Position numbers and translations under genes: made by a program. A stretch of DNA of 41,253 bases from Piromyces finnis finn (Eukaryota; Fungi; Neocallimastigomycota). A model generated the notes under the pieces. It was not told where the DNA came from. It made no database searches and saw only the letters and a program-made list of their open reading frames with translations. Positions 1 through 29,056 of this stretch are shown here, piece after piece; position 1 is the first letter of the stretch; each line of letters begins with the position of its first letter. The DNA is taken from positions 1-41,253 of the forward strand of contig MCFH01000114.1 of the NCBI GenBank assembly GCA_002104945.1, read 5' to 3'.

Positions 1-109
1 AAGGGTTAAATGTTACAATAAAAATACGCGGCTAGTTTATTATTATTACTACAGTTAAACCAATACAATTTTAATTGTAATGATGAGAATGACTTTTTAT
101 TAATTCATC

Positions 110-112
110 TAT

Positions 113-158
<46 letters not shown>
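110..158. repeat. (ATTT)n microsatellite
   Basis: About 12 contiguous ATTT units read directly. Confidence 0.9.
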
Positions 159-160
<2 letters not shown>

Positions 161-613
161 TATTAATAAAAACTAGAAATCAACTAAATTGTTCAAAATA
201 ATCAAATATTCTATTGATTGGATTTTCTTTTTTTTTTTTTCATATGATATTTTCATAATTATTGGTTCTAAATATGATATTCTAAAATCTAATTGGATTT
301 TAATTTATGATATAAAAATATTTATAGGTAAATGACTATCATGTGATATTTGATATAAAGATTTAATCTATCAAATGATAAAATATTAAAAATATATAAT
401 TTAATCAATATATGGTTCATCCATCGATTATTGTATAAAATATATAATAAGTTAGTTAATCACAGAATAATATTGTAATGGTTTAAAATTTGAAAACATA
501 TAAAATGAATGGTATATAATTATTAGAGTTACATATAAAAAATGATAATAATAATTAGTTTTATTATTAAATTGATTTTATTCTATAATGTTTTTTTTTA
601 AATTTTAAAAAAA

Positions 614-918
614 TATAAAATTACATTGGATAAATTTGCCATTTCAAAAAAAGAAATAAAAAAATAAAAAACAGACTATAAAATTACATTGGATAAATTT
701 TGCCATTTCAAAAAAAGAAATAAAAAACTAAAAAACAGAATATAAAATTACATTGGATAAATTTTGCCATTTCAAAAAAAAAGAAATAAAAAATATAATA
801 TTATTTTAATATAAAAATATTTTTAAACATTAACTTAATAATTAAAATATTAATTTAGAAAAAAAAAATTGATTTTTTATTTTATTTATTAAAAACATGG
901 CATAAATCATTTGAAACG
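614..918. repeat. Three tandem ~63-64 bp units; the third copy plus flank is duplicated at 1791-1956
   Basis: Core TATAAAATTACATTGGATAAATTT(T)GCCATTTCAAAAAAAGAAATAAAAAA starts at 614, 677 and 741. Confidence 0.9.
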
Positions 919-1790
919 TTTTTAAAAATAATAATATTTATTTAATCGATATAATAAAATAAGAATTCTTAATTTTTAAGTCATAATATATTACATTATG
1001 CAATTTATTCACTTTTCATCAATCTACAAATGTAAATTGTAAAACCCCATTAATTCCATCAAATAAACCATTAAATATATAATTAACGTCATGGACATTT
1101 TATAAAATATTTACATATAAAAAAAGTATTTAAAAATTTTGGAACTGATATTTTATAAATTATAATTATATTTTTATTATAATAAAAATAATAATAATAA
1201 TAATATTCTTTTAAACATATATATAAAAAATTAAGAAAAAATAAACTTTAATCTATCACAAGTTTATCATTTATTAGTTTCTTAATCCTTTATAATTCAG
1301 TATTAACTTTCTTTTTTTTTAAATATTTACATCAATGATTTGATTTTATTGGCCATTTTCTATAGAAGATAGAATTTTATTGTTAAAATAAAAAAACTAT
1401 AAATAAATAATAAAATAAATTTAAAATAACTTTATATCTATTTATTTATCTATTTATTTGTTTTTTTTATTAATTCATAAAAGCACGACAATATTAAAGA
1501 GTTATTAATATTCAGTATTTATGGTAGTTTTATCAAACTTTTTATTTATAAAACAAGTGTATTCTAGTAATTTATTGAGTATATATAAATAATTATATAA
1601 AATGATAAATTGATATTTTATTAAATACAATAATTAATAATAATCTCAGAGAGAAAAGAGAAATATAAGCTTAATTATGGACTTTTATTATAAAAATTAA
1701 AATAAAAGAAATTTGAAATTTTAATCAATATGTATTTTTAGTATTTTCAAGGCTATAAAATAAAAAAAATAAAATATTTAATACTTATAG

Positions 1791-1956
1791 AAAACAGAAT
1801 ATAAAATTACATTGGATAAATTTGCCATTTCAAAAAAAGAAATAAAAAATATAATATTATTTTAATATAAAAATATTTTAAATATTAACTTAATAATTAA
1901 AATATTAATTTAGAAAAAAAAATTGATTTTTAAAAACATGGTTTAAATCATTGAAG
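1791..1956. repeat. Dispersed direct copy of ~732-918
   Basis: AAAACAGAATATAAAATTACATTGG...GATTTTT...AAAAACATGG matches the earlier block with a few substitutions and a short indel. Confidence 0.85.
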
Positions 1957-2009
1957 CATATAACAGAATAAAGAAAGGAAAATAAAATTAATATAAAATA
2001 ATAAATTAA

Positions 2010-2127
2010 TTATTCATCTGATATGATTAACACTTTTTTTAATGCTTGGTTTGTTTTTTCATTGTTTTTATTCATCTGATATGATTAACACTTTTTTTAA
2101 TGCTTGGTTTGTTTTTTCATTGTTTTT
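2010..2127. repeat. 58-bp tandem duplication (2 copies)
   Basis: TTATTCATCTGATATGATTAACACTTTTTTTAATGCTTGGTTTGTTTTTTCATTGTTT occurs at 2010 and 2068. Confidence 0.9.
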
Positions 2128-3198
2128 AAATATTATTTTCAACTATTTGGAGATGAGTTTGTGTAACGTTTCCCAAAAAAATATTTTTTTAAATTTTAAA
2201 GAAAACGAACCATTAAATATTTGAAACTATATTTTTTTTTTAAAAAAATTTGTTTTACTATTTTTTTAAATCTCCCCATTAAAATATTGTATATGTAATG
2301 TAATATACTAATATTTATTATAAAAGTTTTTTCTTATTACTGTTGTCGTTTTTATTATCCTTATTTTAAATTCTTAAATCAATATATACTTACTGTAACA
2401 TTAATATAATAAATTTATATTTTTATTAAATATGAGTTTGTTATTGTATATGTATTTTCAATTTTGTATTTCTTATTTAATTATTAATATAATATTTTTA
2501 AAAGCATTTTATTAAAGCATGAATATAAAAATGTCTTTTTATTATTATTATTATTAAAAAAAATATATTTATTTCTTTACGTTTTTTATATATTATATAT
2601 TATTATACTTTATTTGTTAGTATTAAAATTACATTTAAATTATATATTTAAAATTTTAAAAGTTTTTGTTTAATACTTAAAGAGAAACTTTTTATAATTA
2701 ATAAATATATATTTTTAAAAAATAATATTATCTTGCTAAATTATATAGTTTTTTTTATACAAAATAATTGTAAAATATGATATATATATGTTCTATCGAT
2801 ATATAATTATATATAATAATTATTTTTTTCTAGAATAATTATTTCTATTATTTATTTAAATAAAAGTTATTAAAATAACCCATATTTAAATTAACAATTA
2901 CCTAATCCTCAAAATAAATCTAACCTTTATTATTAAAGTTTTATTACCAAATTAATAAAAATATAATAAATTAAGTTATATAATTTAGCATATATTTATT
3001 TTATAATTTAAAATTAATTTTTTCATTAAATATCTCCTTTCAAAAAAAAAAAAATTTTTTGAAATAAAAAATATAAATCTTAAAAAACAAATAAGCAATA
3101 TCCTTTAAAATAAAATAATAATAATATAATAATAATAAAATGCTTTAATAATAAAATATTTTCTTAAAAAAGATAACTTAGTTAAATAAATTATAAAA

Positions 3199-3696
3199 AT
3201 GGGAAATTTAAGATATTATCATTATTTTATAATACTTATAAATATACTTATCTTAGGATATATGTATATCATAGTCGGTATTAAATATAATAGTTTACCT
3301 GACGAAATACCTTCTCATTTCAATTTCAAAGGTGAAGTTGATAGTTATTCAGGAAAAAATATTGTTTTTTTATTACCAATAGTATCAACTATATTGTCAT
3401 TATTATTTATTGGAATATGTTTCATCCCAGAACGAACTTGGAAAATAAATATTGGTGTTGAAAGGATTGAATTACCACCAGAACTTCGAAGATCTGTTAT
3501 TCATATATCAATTAATTACTTTTTAATAACGTTAATATACATTAACGGCTTTCTATCCTATATTTTAACATGTATGATAAACTCTATGAATATATTACAA
3601 ATATTATCTTTAACATTTATATTTGGTATTATTATAATACTTATGGTATATCTAGTTTTATTATTTAAAAAAATTGGACCTTTATTATCACAATAA
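3199..3696 (+). CDS. DUF1648-family (SdpI-like) small membrane protein, 165 aa, intronless
   Basis: N-terminal TM followed by the typical DUF1648 loop YNSLPDEIPSHFNFKGEVDSYSGK, then three further hydrophobic segments. No introns. Confidence 0.8.
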   Translation: MGNLRYYHYFIILINILILGYMYIIVGIKYNSLPDEIPSHFNFKGEVDSYSGKNIVFLLPIVSTILSLLFIGICFIPERTWKINIGVERIELPPELRRSVIHISINYFLITLIYINGFLSYILTCMINSMNILQILSLTFIFGIIIILMVYLVLLFKKIGPLLSQ

Positions 3697-4595
3697 TTTT
3701 ATAAGAATTATTACTAATTAAAAATAAAAAAACCTAAATAATAAAAGAGTAATAACTATAATACTATTAATAATATTTTCATATAGTTAAGGATCTTAAA
3801 AAAAAAAAAAACTTCTTATATTCTTTTTATATTACAATATTTTTTTGTAAGGTTAACTTAAAAATTATAATAAAAAGTTAAATTTATTAATTTTTGAAAA
3901 AACAAAAATAGAACAAAAAAAAACAGAAAATAAAAAAGTTTGTATGAAAAAATAATAAAATATAATAAAACTTTTAAATTGAAATGACACTTTATAATTT
4001 AAATAAAAAAGTATTAATAATAAATATAAAATATATTTTATTTGATTGTTACTATTTTTGTTAAAATTTTCATGGTATTATTGTAATTATTGTAGTGTTA
4101 TAAAATTAAATAAAATCAATATAATTTTTTATTGATGGTTAGATATTTTTTGTTTTAAAATAAAAAACTCAATAGAAAAACCTTATATGATAAATACATA
4201 ATTTAATATTTTAAATATCATTATCATATTTAACCCTTTTTTTTTTTTTTTTTTTTTTTTTAGAAAGAAAAAAAAACAAAAGTAAAAGGAAATAGAAACA
4301 ATTCAATAAAAGTCATAAAAAAATGTAAATATTTATTAAAAAAAAGTGTTGTTTCCTTTTTTTTTCCTATTCTCTAATTATGTCTAATTAATGAACATCT
4401 AAAATATATATATAAAAAAAAGAATACAAAAAGTCTTAACAGAATAAATAGTATATAAGAAATTTTATAATAAAATCAACTAATAATAAGACTTTTTAAT
4501 ATTATTTTAATATGATACTTATTATACCGAGTTAAAATGTATCAAATGATATTATAATTTATATTTTTAATATTATTTTATATTAAATAAGCATG

Positions 4596-4597
<2 letters not shown>

Positions 4598-4629
<32 letters not shown>
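4598..4629. repeat. (AT)n microsatellite
   Basis: Direct read. Similar (AT)n tracts at ~5377-5398 and ~8572-8600. Confidence 0.85.
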
Positions 4630-4631
<2 letters not shown>

Positions 4632-5315
4632 CTTTTTATTATTTATATATACTTTTTATTATTATTTTTTTATTTTATTTTACAAGAATGATATTAATAC
4701 TTTATTATTTTATTATTATTTCATTGATTTTATTATTATTCCTAATTATTATTTATTAAAAAAAAAGTAAAATTAATTAAATTTATTTAATCTTACAACT
4801 ATTAATTATTAATGGGAATACCAATAAATTGATTCGCTTATAATCTACTTTTTTTGCTATAATAAATTTTTATATTTAAAATTTAATATTTCATTTATCT
4901 TTATAATAAAATAAGTTTATTATAATTTAGCAATAAAGATATTTTAAAAGTAAGCTTTAAATTATTTAATCGAGATTTCTTTATTCAATTAAAATTGAAA
5001 TGTTATTATTACTTTTTGTATTTATATATTAATAATAATATATTATAAATTAATTTAAAATTTAAAACCATGAAATTAATAATTAATTAAAAGAAAATCA
5101 TTTGATGGTTTAATTATTATTATTATTATTTTTATTAATTTTATTAATTTTATTATAAGATATAAAGCTAATTAATTTATATTTTATGTTATATTATTTA
5201 GATATATATTGCATAATTAGATTTTAAACTTGTTTTAACCTAGCTTTATATATATTTAATCAAATATAATCAATCAACTGTAATTAAAGATTTATCAATC
5301 ATATTTTAATTCAAT

Positions 5316-8050
<2,735 letters not shown>

Positions 8051-8568
8051 GTTAGTAATATCCGTAAAGAGGAAGAAAATAATCCATAACGACAACAACA
8101 ACAATAATAAAAAAATTAAATAATAATTAAAATTCATTATTCCATTTTGTAAACACAAAACATATTTTCTTATATATTTCTTTTTATATATTTTTTATAA
8201 GCATATAATTTATTTTAAATAAGTTGTTTATTATTATTTTTTTTAATATAGTATATTTATCAGTAACATGATTGTTAAAAAAAAAATAAAATAAACATTA
8301 AATAAAAAATTAAAACAAAATTATTATAAATACATCACTTCAATTAATGGTATTTATTAGTGGATTATTCATCAAAATCAAAAAATTTTCCATATAAATC
8401 TATAATTAAAATTTTAATGTTTTTTTTTTTTTTAGCATGCTATAAATCTTTTCTTTTAGGTAGTTTGATAAATTTAATTGTTGTATTAATATAATCTTTT
8501 AATAATATGTTTAATAACAAGAAAGATGATATTATATATAATAATATAATAACAATATTGATAATATA

Positions 8569-8603
<35 letters not shown>

Positions 8604-10037
8604 TAATATATAGATATTTATAAATACTTCTTTCTAAGCTTATTTTAAATATTTTTTTATATTTTGAATTATAAATTTTGTATATTAGTATATAAATATA
8701 TCAGAAATTATGATTTATTTTTTATAGGAAATGCTATATATTTCCAAAGATTCTTGTCTGCCATTTATTTTTCTTTCAAATCTTTATTTTTTTAAATTTT
8801 ATAAAGGTAGTTGGATAAATATAGAAATGTGTATATATTAAATTAATTTATATATATTGCATTTAATATATAAACCCATAATAAAATTAGTTATATAGTG
8901 TGATAGTAGTACAAATAAATTAATAATAAATATGTAAAATAATATTTATAATAATAATAATAATAATAACATTAAAGAAAAAAAATATTTTGTAAAAATA
9001 ATTCTACAAAAAATTCCTTTTATTAATAAAAAAAAAATTTTTTTAAATAAAAATTTTAGTAATAATAATTAATAATTATTAATTAATTAATTATTAAAGA
9101 TTAATTTGTTATAATTAGTTAATTGATAATTATATATTATTATTAATAAATAATAATAATAATAATAAAAGAAATAACATAATATTATAATCTAAAATAA
9201 AAGTATGTTCAGAATTTAAAAATAATTATTTTAAAACTTTTTAAACCTTAAAAGAGTATATTAAATGGCCATTTGTAAAGATAAACATTTAATTATGCAC
9301 TATATAATATTCATTCTAATATAAAATATCAATTATTATTTATTTATTTATATAAATTGTAATAACGTTATATAGTAATTCAAATTAAAAAAAATTTAAA
9401 ATTCAAGGTTAGATATAAACTCGAGATATTAAAAATAAAAAGTATATTATCTATTATATACATATATATATATAAATAACAAAAAATAATATAAAACTCA
9501 AAGTAAATACAAAACATATAAATAAGAAAAAAGTATCAAAAGTGAACAAGAAAAGCATATTCCATATACAATTTTTAAATAATTCATAAAAAACAAGAAT
9601 TAATGTTTTGGTAATTATTAAGAAAGAAATATTTACCCGAGAAATCTTGCGTTTTAAAAAATTACATTTTAAATTAATAATTTTATATTTGTTACAAAAC
9701 AAATATAACAAGTTGAGCCAATAAAAATTTATTATTATTTTTTTTTTCAAGTAAAATTAATCTGGTTATTATATATTATTTAAATTATCAAGAAGTATTT
9801 TTTTTTTCTTCAAGAGTTCATTGAAAGATTTCTTTGAAATTTTATATATTTTATTAAATATCAAAGTTAAAACTATTCAAATAATCAAGAAATGAAATTA
9901 ATATTGTAAATAAAATAAAATAAAATAAAATATTATCATTAACTATAATAAATACTTGATTTTATTTGAATTTAAAATAAGCTCGGTAAATAGTATATAT
10001 ATAACCAGTAAATTTTATATATAACAATTAATATAAA

Positions 10038-15147
<5,110 letters not shown>

Positions 15148-15548
15148 ATTATTAAAAAAAAAAAAAAAAAAAAAAAAATTAAATAATACATATAAAATAC
15201 ATATAAAAAATACATATAAAATACTATCTATTATACAATTTTATTTTTTTTAAAATAATAAATAAATAAATAAATTAAATATATAATAAAATAAATAAAT
15301 AAATAAATAAATTAAATATATAATAAAATAAAATAAAATAAAGGAAAATACTATAATATATAAACTGAAATAATAAAAAAATGATGAATCATTTTATATA
15401 TTTTTTAGTATTCGTTTTTTTTTTTTTTTATATTTACATAGATAGAAATTTTTATTATATTTAATATTTAATGAATGGTATGGTATACATAATATATATA
15501 TTTCTTTTATATATATATATTTAATTGAATTTGATTATATATAGAGTT

Positions 15549-18500
15549 TTAACTTAAATCATAATTATCTAGTGATTTTAATTCGATAGCATTATTATTG
15601 TCTCTGTTTTGATGATTAAAAATCAAATTTGATATATTGCTACTTTTCCGTTTGACCGAGGTTACTATATTTGAAAAGTAAGCATTATTTCCATTATTTG
15701 TTGTACTTGAGGTACTATTTGTACTATTTTGTCTATCACGTCCACTACTACCTAAAAGTTTTTGTCTAAAACTTTCCATATTCTTTCTAAATAAATCACT
15801 CGATCTTTCATGTAGTTGTGGTGTCATAAGTTCTTCTTCTGATAAACTTTCATTTATAGAAATATTTTCTTCATTTTCTTCTTCGGATTCCCAAAATACG
15901 GAAAGATCATCATGATAAGAATAATGATCATTTTCAATAATAGGGTGGTGCTCTTGACCGTTCATTGTGGTAAGTGATTTCATATAATTTTCATTCTTAT
16001 TTTTATTTAAAGAATTTTTACTATTAATATGAAAATTACTATTATTTTTATCATTATCATTACCGTTAATACTATTATTTTTGCTGAAGCTAGATATATT
16101 ATTATATTTATTATTGTAATTACTATTCTGTAATATATTATCTGTATTAATTTGATTATTATCAGATAATTGGTAATAACCATTATTTATGGTATCAAAT
16201 GGTCCTTTTCCTTTATTACTTGTACTATTTAATGGATAAGTATTAAAACAATTCTCTTGATCATTTATTGATGTTAAGCCCACTTTATCACTTTGTATTT
16301 TATTCATTGTGTTTACAATTTTTTTATCCTTACTTATTACTTCGTAAGTAGCCTGATTATTTATTTGTTTTTCATTCATACTACCACAACCAACAACAAA
16401 TAATTTTTCAGTACTATCACTATCAAAATTTGTGTCCTCATTATTATTTTTTAAATTATTATTAATAGTATTATTATACTCGTTATTACTATTATCTATA
16501 TCATGATCATTGAAATTGATATTATTATTATTATTATTATTATTATTACTGTAATTATTATGATTATTGTTACCACTACTATAACTTTGTGTATAGTTAT
16601 GATGATGTCCATTCTTAGAATGACTTTTACTGTTTTCACTGAATTTCATATATGAACTTGTACTACTTGTCTTGTTATGATGATACTTTGATGATGTACT
16701 TTCTTTAGTTTGGGAATAAGAAGCATTATTACTAGTTGACTGACTTGGGGTATTTCTTAATGTACCTGAACGACTATTACTTCTTACATTTTTTCTTCTT
16801 TTTTTTTGTTTATGCATACTTTTGAGAATATTATGAACTAATTTTCTGTTTTTAGTATCAGAAATGAATCGTCGGTATGAATACTCATACATACGGTGAT
16901 ATATTATATCTAAAATTTCATCAAAAATAGTACAACTTAAGTTTATTTCCAGACTCATAGCTTCGTTTTCTTCAAAATTCATATCTTCATAATTAAAAAG
17001 GCATCTTGGCTGACCAGGTCTATTCCTTCCACTTGTATTACTAATATTTGTATTAGATACTGAATTATTTGTTATTGTATTTGTTATAGTACTTGTTAGA
17101 TTATTACTACCAGATGGAAGTATGGAGTATCCTGAATGGCTATAACTTATTACTTTAGTTGAAGTACTACTTGTATATGATTTTAAATCGTAAGAATGAT
17201 CTTGTCTATTACTACTCATACTATTTATAGTTTCATATGAACTAGCTTGAGAATAAATTAACTGTGCATGTTTAGTATACCTATCTAGATTATAATTGTT
17301 ATCTTCATCCTCATCTATTTCCTCAATATTATTTATGAGATTTTCATTACTTTCTGAATTTTTGTTGTTTGATACATTTGATAAAAAATGATAATATAAT
17401 GGTGAGTACATGATTTGATTTGATAGTTTTTCTAACTTATCAATTGGTATATCATTTAATTCAAAAATAGATCCTGAGTTAATAAATGTTTGATAAAGTC
17501 CTATGAATAAGGGTAGTAGACATGGTGGTATTAATATATCTGGCATTTTATTTAAAGGTGTTTTATTATCATCAAAATAATATGTAGGTTGAAAGTTATC
17601 TGAAAATGCACTGCTTTCTTGACTTGTTTGGGAAGTTGAAGCGGTGTTATTACTATATTATTATTATTATTATTTTTTTTTTTAATTTTGAGAATATATA
17701 CAAAATACAATTAATAAATATAAAATTATGTATATGCGTTTGAATAATATATATATATTATTTTTATTATTAAAAGATATAGAAACATAAAAATAAATAT
17801 ATAATTAATATAAATATTAAAATTGTTATTAATACAATATATTGAAAAGCTAATTATAATATATATTTTAGAGTAAATATATCTAATAAAAATCATATTT
17901 AAAATGTTATGATAAAAATTACTTTATATATGTGTAATCACTATGAACAGATATATTAACAGGTTCCATATTAGAGAAATTTCTCATTCGAGGTTGAGTA
18001 ATTGTATTTGAGCTTGATAGTCCTTTACTATTTAATGTGCTATCTATATTATATATTGGTGGTGCATATTTACTTTTTGATGAACTTGGTCCATCCAATG
18101 CTTTTTTCTTGTAATAATTGTATAATAATACTTGCTCACGAATATCTCTCCATCTTTCAAAAAAAATAATATCCACAATTGCATAATCTGTTACACAAAA
18201 ATATTTAAATGTTTTAAAAAGTTGTGGAATATTCATGACTCTTTCAAAGGTATCAAATCCTGAATCAGAGTGAGCTGATTGATCGTTTGAGTGTTTCTTT
18301 AATTGTACAAAATTTAATAAAAATCGAGAAAATGATATTGATATATTGTATTCCTCTGAAATTGGTTTTACTACATCAATTACATGAACAGCAAACATGA
18401 TAACTACATCTAAAATGCAATAGTATATTTGAGAATTTGAATATTCATTGGCATATGTATCATTTAAACGTAATTGTGGTATATATTCAAATAGTTGACA

Positions 18501-19370
18501 TGGAATTCCAAGTAAAATTGTTACAAAAAGAATGTGTTTTACACCAAATGACTCATTAACTTCTAAGATAACAAAGAAAAACATTGGACATACTATAATA
18601 TAAAATATGATTTTTAAAAACATAAATATATAATCCATTATTCCACCAAAGAAACAATTATTTCTATCAAATGCAAAACTCTCCGACATAAATTGGGGTA
18701 TAGATAGTAATATTATCAATAATAAAATAAATACTAATAATAGAAATAATAAAAATGATGTATTGAATCTATTTGTTGGTAATTTTAACGAACGTTGAAA
18801 CCGGGAACTTGAATATACATAATTATTGTAAAATGAAGTGGAATGCTTTTTATTTTCAGTATCATTCTTTGTTTTTATCTCTTTTTGGGATTTGAATAAA
18901 TTAACTTTCCAATTACCACTTTTTTTTAATTTTGTTATATTCCATTTAAATAGATATTGAATTTTTATGCAACGCACTATAAATGAATATACCCATATTA
19001 AATAACCAATATAATATATCCAATAAAAAACAAAACAAGGCGTTTCTGGTAATGCTAATTTAGTAAAAACTGATATGCCTACTATTAATGTACCAGTTGC
19101 TAACATAATAACACCTATAACACCTTTTGAACTTAAAGGTGTATAAGGCTTTGCTTTATTTACGAATACCCATGTTGTTGATACGATTATTAGAAAAAAT
19201 AAAATACTTAAAAAAGTAAAAACCACTCGTCCTAAAGTAGTAGCTTTTACACTTTTAATATATCTTTTTTCTATTATTTCATTTATTATGTTAGAGTTTG
19301 AATATATTATTGAATTTATGTGTGGATTGCTTTTTATGTATGATAGACTATTATAATTTATATATGACAT
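15549..19370 (-). CDS. 7TM-RGS protein (seven TM helices + interrupted RGS domain + low-complexity tail), 2 exons, ~1183 aa
   Basis: The track ORFs 17919..19370 and 15549..17546 join through a GT-AG intron (minus strand 17922-17653); exons are 19370-17923 and 17652-15549, in phase. Seven TMs, then RGS pieces FERVMNIPQLFKTFKYFCVTDYAIVDIIFFERW / LYQTFINSGSIFELND / IFDEILDIIYHRMYEYSYRRFI. Confidence 0.82.
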
Positions 19371-21080
19371 TATATATATATGTAGGATTTAATAATATAG
19401 TATTACTGTTATTACTGTATTATAATATAATAATTTTTTTTTAATATAAATATATATAAATATATATTTATATATAAATTTTTTAAAGTAGATATTTTTT
19501 ATGATTTTCTCTTTTTTTCTTTTTCTTTAAATTTAAAAACAAAATCGAATATTAATGATAGTAATAAAAAAAGGATTTTATTGTTTTTTTTTATTATATT
19601 TATATTTAAATTAATTTACTATGATTAATTATTAATAGTTTATACAGATATCTTTATTATTTTACTAATTTATGGATTATTCTTTTTATTTTATTATTAT
19701 ATTCTAATGATATTAAAGTTATCAAATATAATAACTAATATTTATGTAGTTCTATAAGTTGACATACAATTTTTACATTTTTAAAATGTAACAAAGCCAA
19801 AAATTCTAATTTTTTTTTTTTTATTTCTTTTATTTTTTTAAATTAGTAAAATAAATATTCTTCCTTTGAATTTTAGATTTTTAATAATTAATTTGTATAT
19901 ATAAAGAGAAATTTTATTTATAATTTAATTATTTTAGTTGTCAAAATCAATTTTTATATTTAAAATAAATAAATTGTAAAAGCTTTTTATTAATATTTGT
20001 ATATTATTGGTATATATAATAGAAAACTATCTTTACTCTATTAATAAATAAATATTTAAATATATTTTGATAAGACTTTTGTTAGAACGATTTTGCAGAA
20101 ACTTTATATTATATTGTATATATTTATTAGTGTATTTCTGACAAAGAAGTATAGTTAAATAAATTCTTTATTTCATTTTGAAAGTATATTATTGAGAAAA
20201 AGTATTATATTTCTATTATTATTTAGGTACAATTTTGTTATTCTATGGACGATTCAATAACGATATTTTTCAAAAAAATAAATTATTATGAAAAGTATAA
20301 AAAACATGGAAAGTGTGGTTTTAATATTTATTTTAATTATATTAATATATATAATCAAAAATTTATTAAAAACTTAAATTAATATTAAAATAAATATATA
20401 AAAGTTATAAAAGTATGATTAATATTAAAGTAAAAAAAATTATTGATTTTATAAATGAACTAGGAAATACTAATTTCTTTCTTTATAAAAAAGTAATTAT
20501 TTATTATTATTGTAGACTTTTTTTTTATTTTGTTATTAAAAAAAAGAAGTTAATCTTGATGTATTAAAGATGTTATTAATTTAAGTTGGAATAACAAACT
20601 ATTTATAATAATAAATTAATTATATTTTAATATATTAATATAATTATCATAATCTAAATACATAAATTCTTAAAAATTTCCTCCCATCATAAAAAAAAAT
20701 AAAGTGGAGAATGTGTGTAAAAAAAAAAAAGCTTTAATCATAATTAATTAATTAATTAATTATAATTATTGATTATTGCTTTAAAAACTTTCTTTTTTTT
20801 TTTTAATTAAGTATATTAAATATAAAAAAAAAATAGAAATCATTATTTTATTAATATTTTGATATTATTAGGGATAATTTATATTAAAATCTCAAATATA
20901 TATAATGAATCAAAAAAAAGTTAAATCTAAACTTATATTAAAAAAGTTAATAGCGCAGTATTTATTTGATTTAATACGATTCGTATACATTTTGAGATAC
21001 AATATTTTATAAGAAAATTTGATTAAAATTAATTATAAAATAATTAATTATTTAAAATTTTAGAGAATAATAGATTTAAA

Positions 21081-28194
<7,114 letters not shown>

Positions 28195-29056
28195 ATATTA
28201 TAAATTAATATTAATAAAATAAAAAAGTATTGATAATTATATTTTTTTTTTATATTTCAGAATATTAAAAATAAACAAAACAATTTAATACAAAAAAAAA
28301 GTTTTAGTTAAGAAAATAAATATATTTAACTAATAAAATTATTATTTTTATATAATAAATATAATAACATCAATAATATAATATTTAATATACATTTCAT
28401 TTATTTTCATTTGACTTCAATTATTTAAAAAAAAGTTTATAATTAGTTTTATTATAAATAGTTTTCATTCATAAATTTTGAATTATTAAAATGAATAATA
28501 AAGTTTTAAAAAATTATTAACATTATGACATTATGCTTCTTTTTGAGTTGAAAAATAAGTTTAATGTGAATTTGTAAATAATAGTCTATTTAAAAAAATA
28601 TTTAAGAAGGATACTATCAAATGAAATAAAATAAATAGTATTATGAATTGAACAAACTTTTAATTATAAATGTATGTCCATGTATAATATAACTTACATT
28701 TTTCAATAATGAAATTTTGTTTACATTTAAAAAGTTAATCAGCAGCAAAATTAAATAAAAACAAATTAAACTTATATTAAATAAGATTTATAAACCATAA
28801 ATTTTAAAATTATTATTTTATTAAATTAATATATTATTTTTTTGAAATTTTAAAAACTTTAATAAGTTTAATTTAAATGAAAAAAAATTAATGGTTTAAA
28901 ATCCACTTTTTATAATTTCTATTTTTCTTTAAAGACAGAATTTTTTGAAATTAGTGAAAGTTCAATTAAATATATATACGTTTTTAATAATATTTAAAAC
29001 AGAAAAACAGAGCAAACAATATAATTTAAGTCTAATACATAATATCAAATACCAAG

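Noticed and set aside
9454-9750. Short F/I/L/K-rich ORFs (also 2042-2224, 11294-11524, 34060-34275, 37545-37790)
   Set aside because: Composition matches random AT-rich DNA, several use TTG starts, and none has a motif.
15549-17546. Treating this 665-aa ORF as a separate gene
   Set aside because: It carries the second half of the RGS domain and splices in phase to the upstream 7TM exon.
20226-20380. Possible small exon or ORF (MDDSITIFFKKINYYEKYKKHGKCGF...)
   Set aside because: Short, no recognisable family, and no convincing partner exons.
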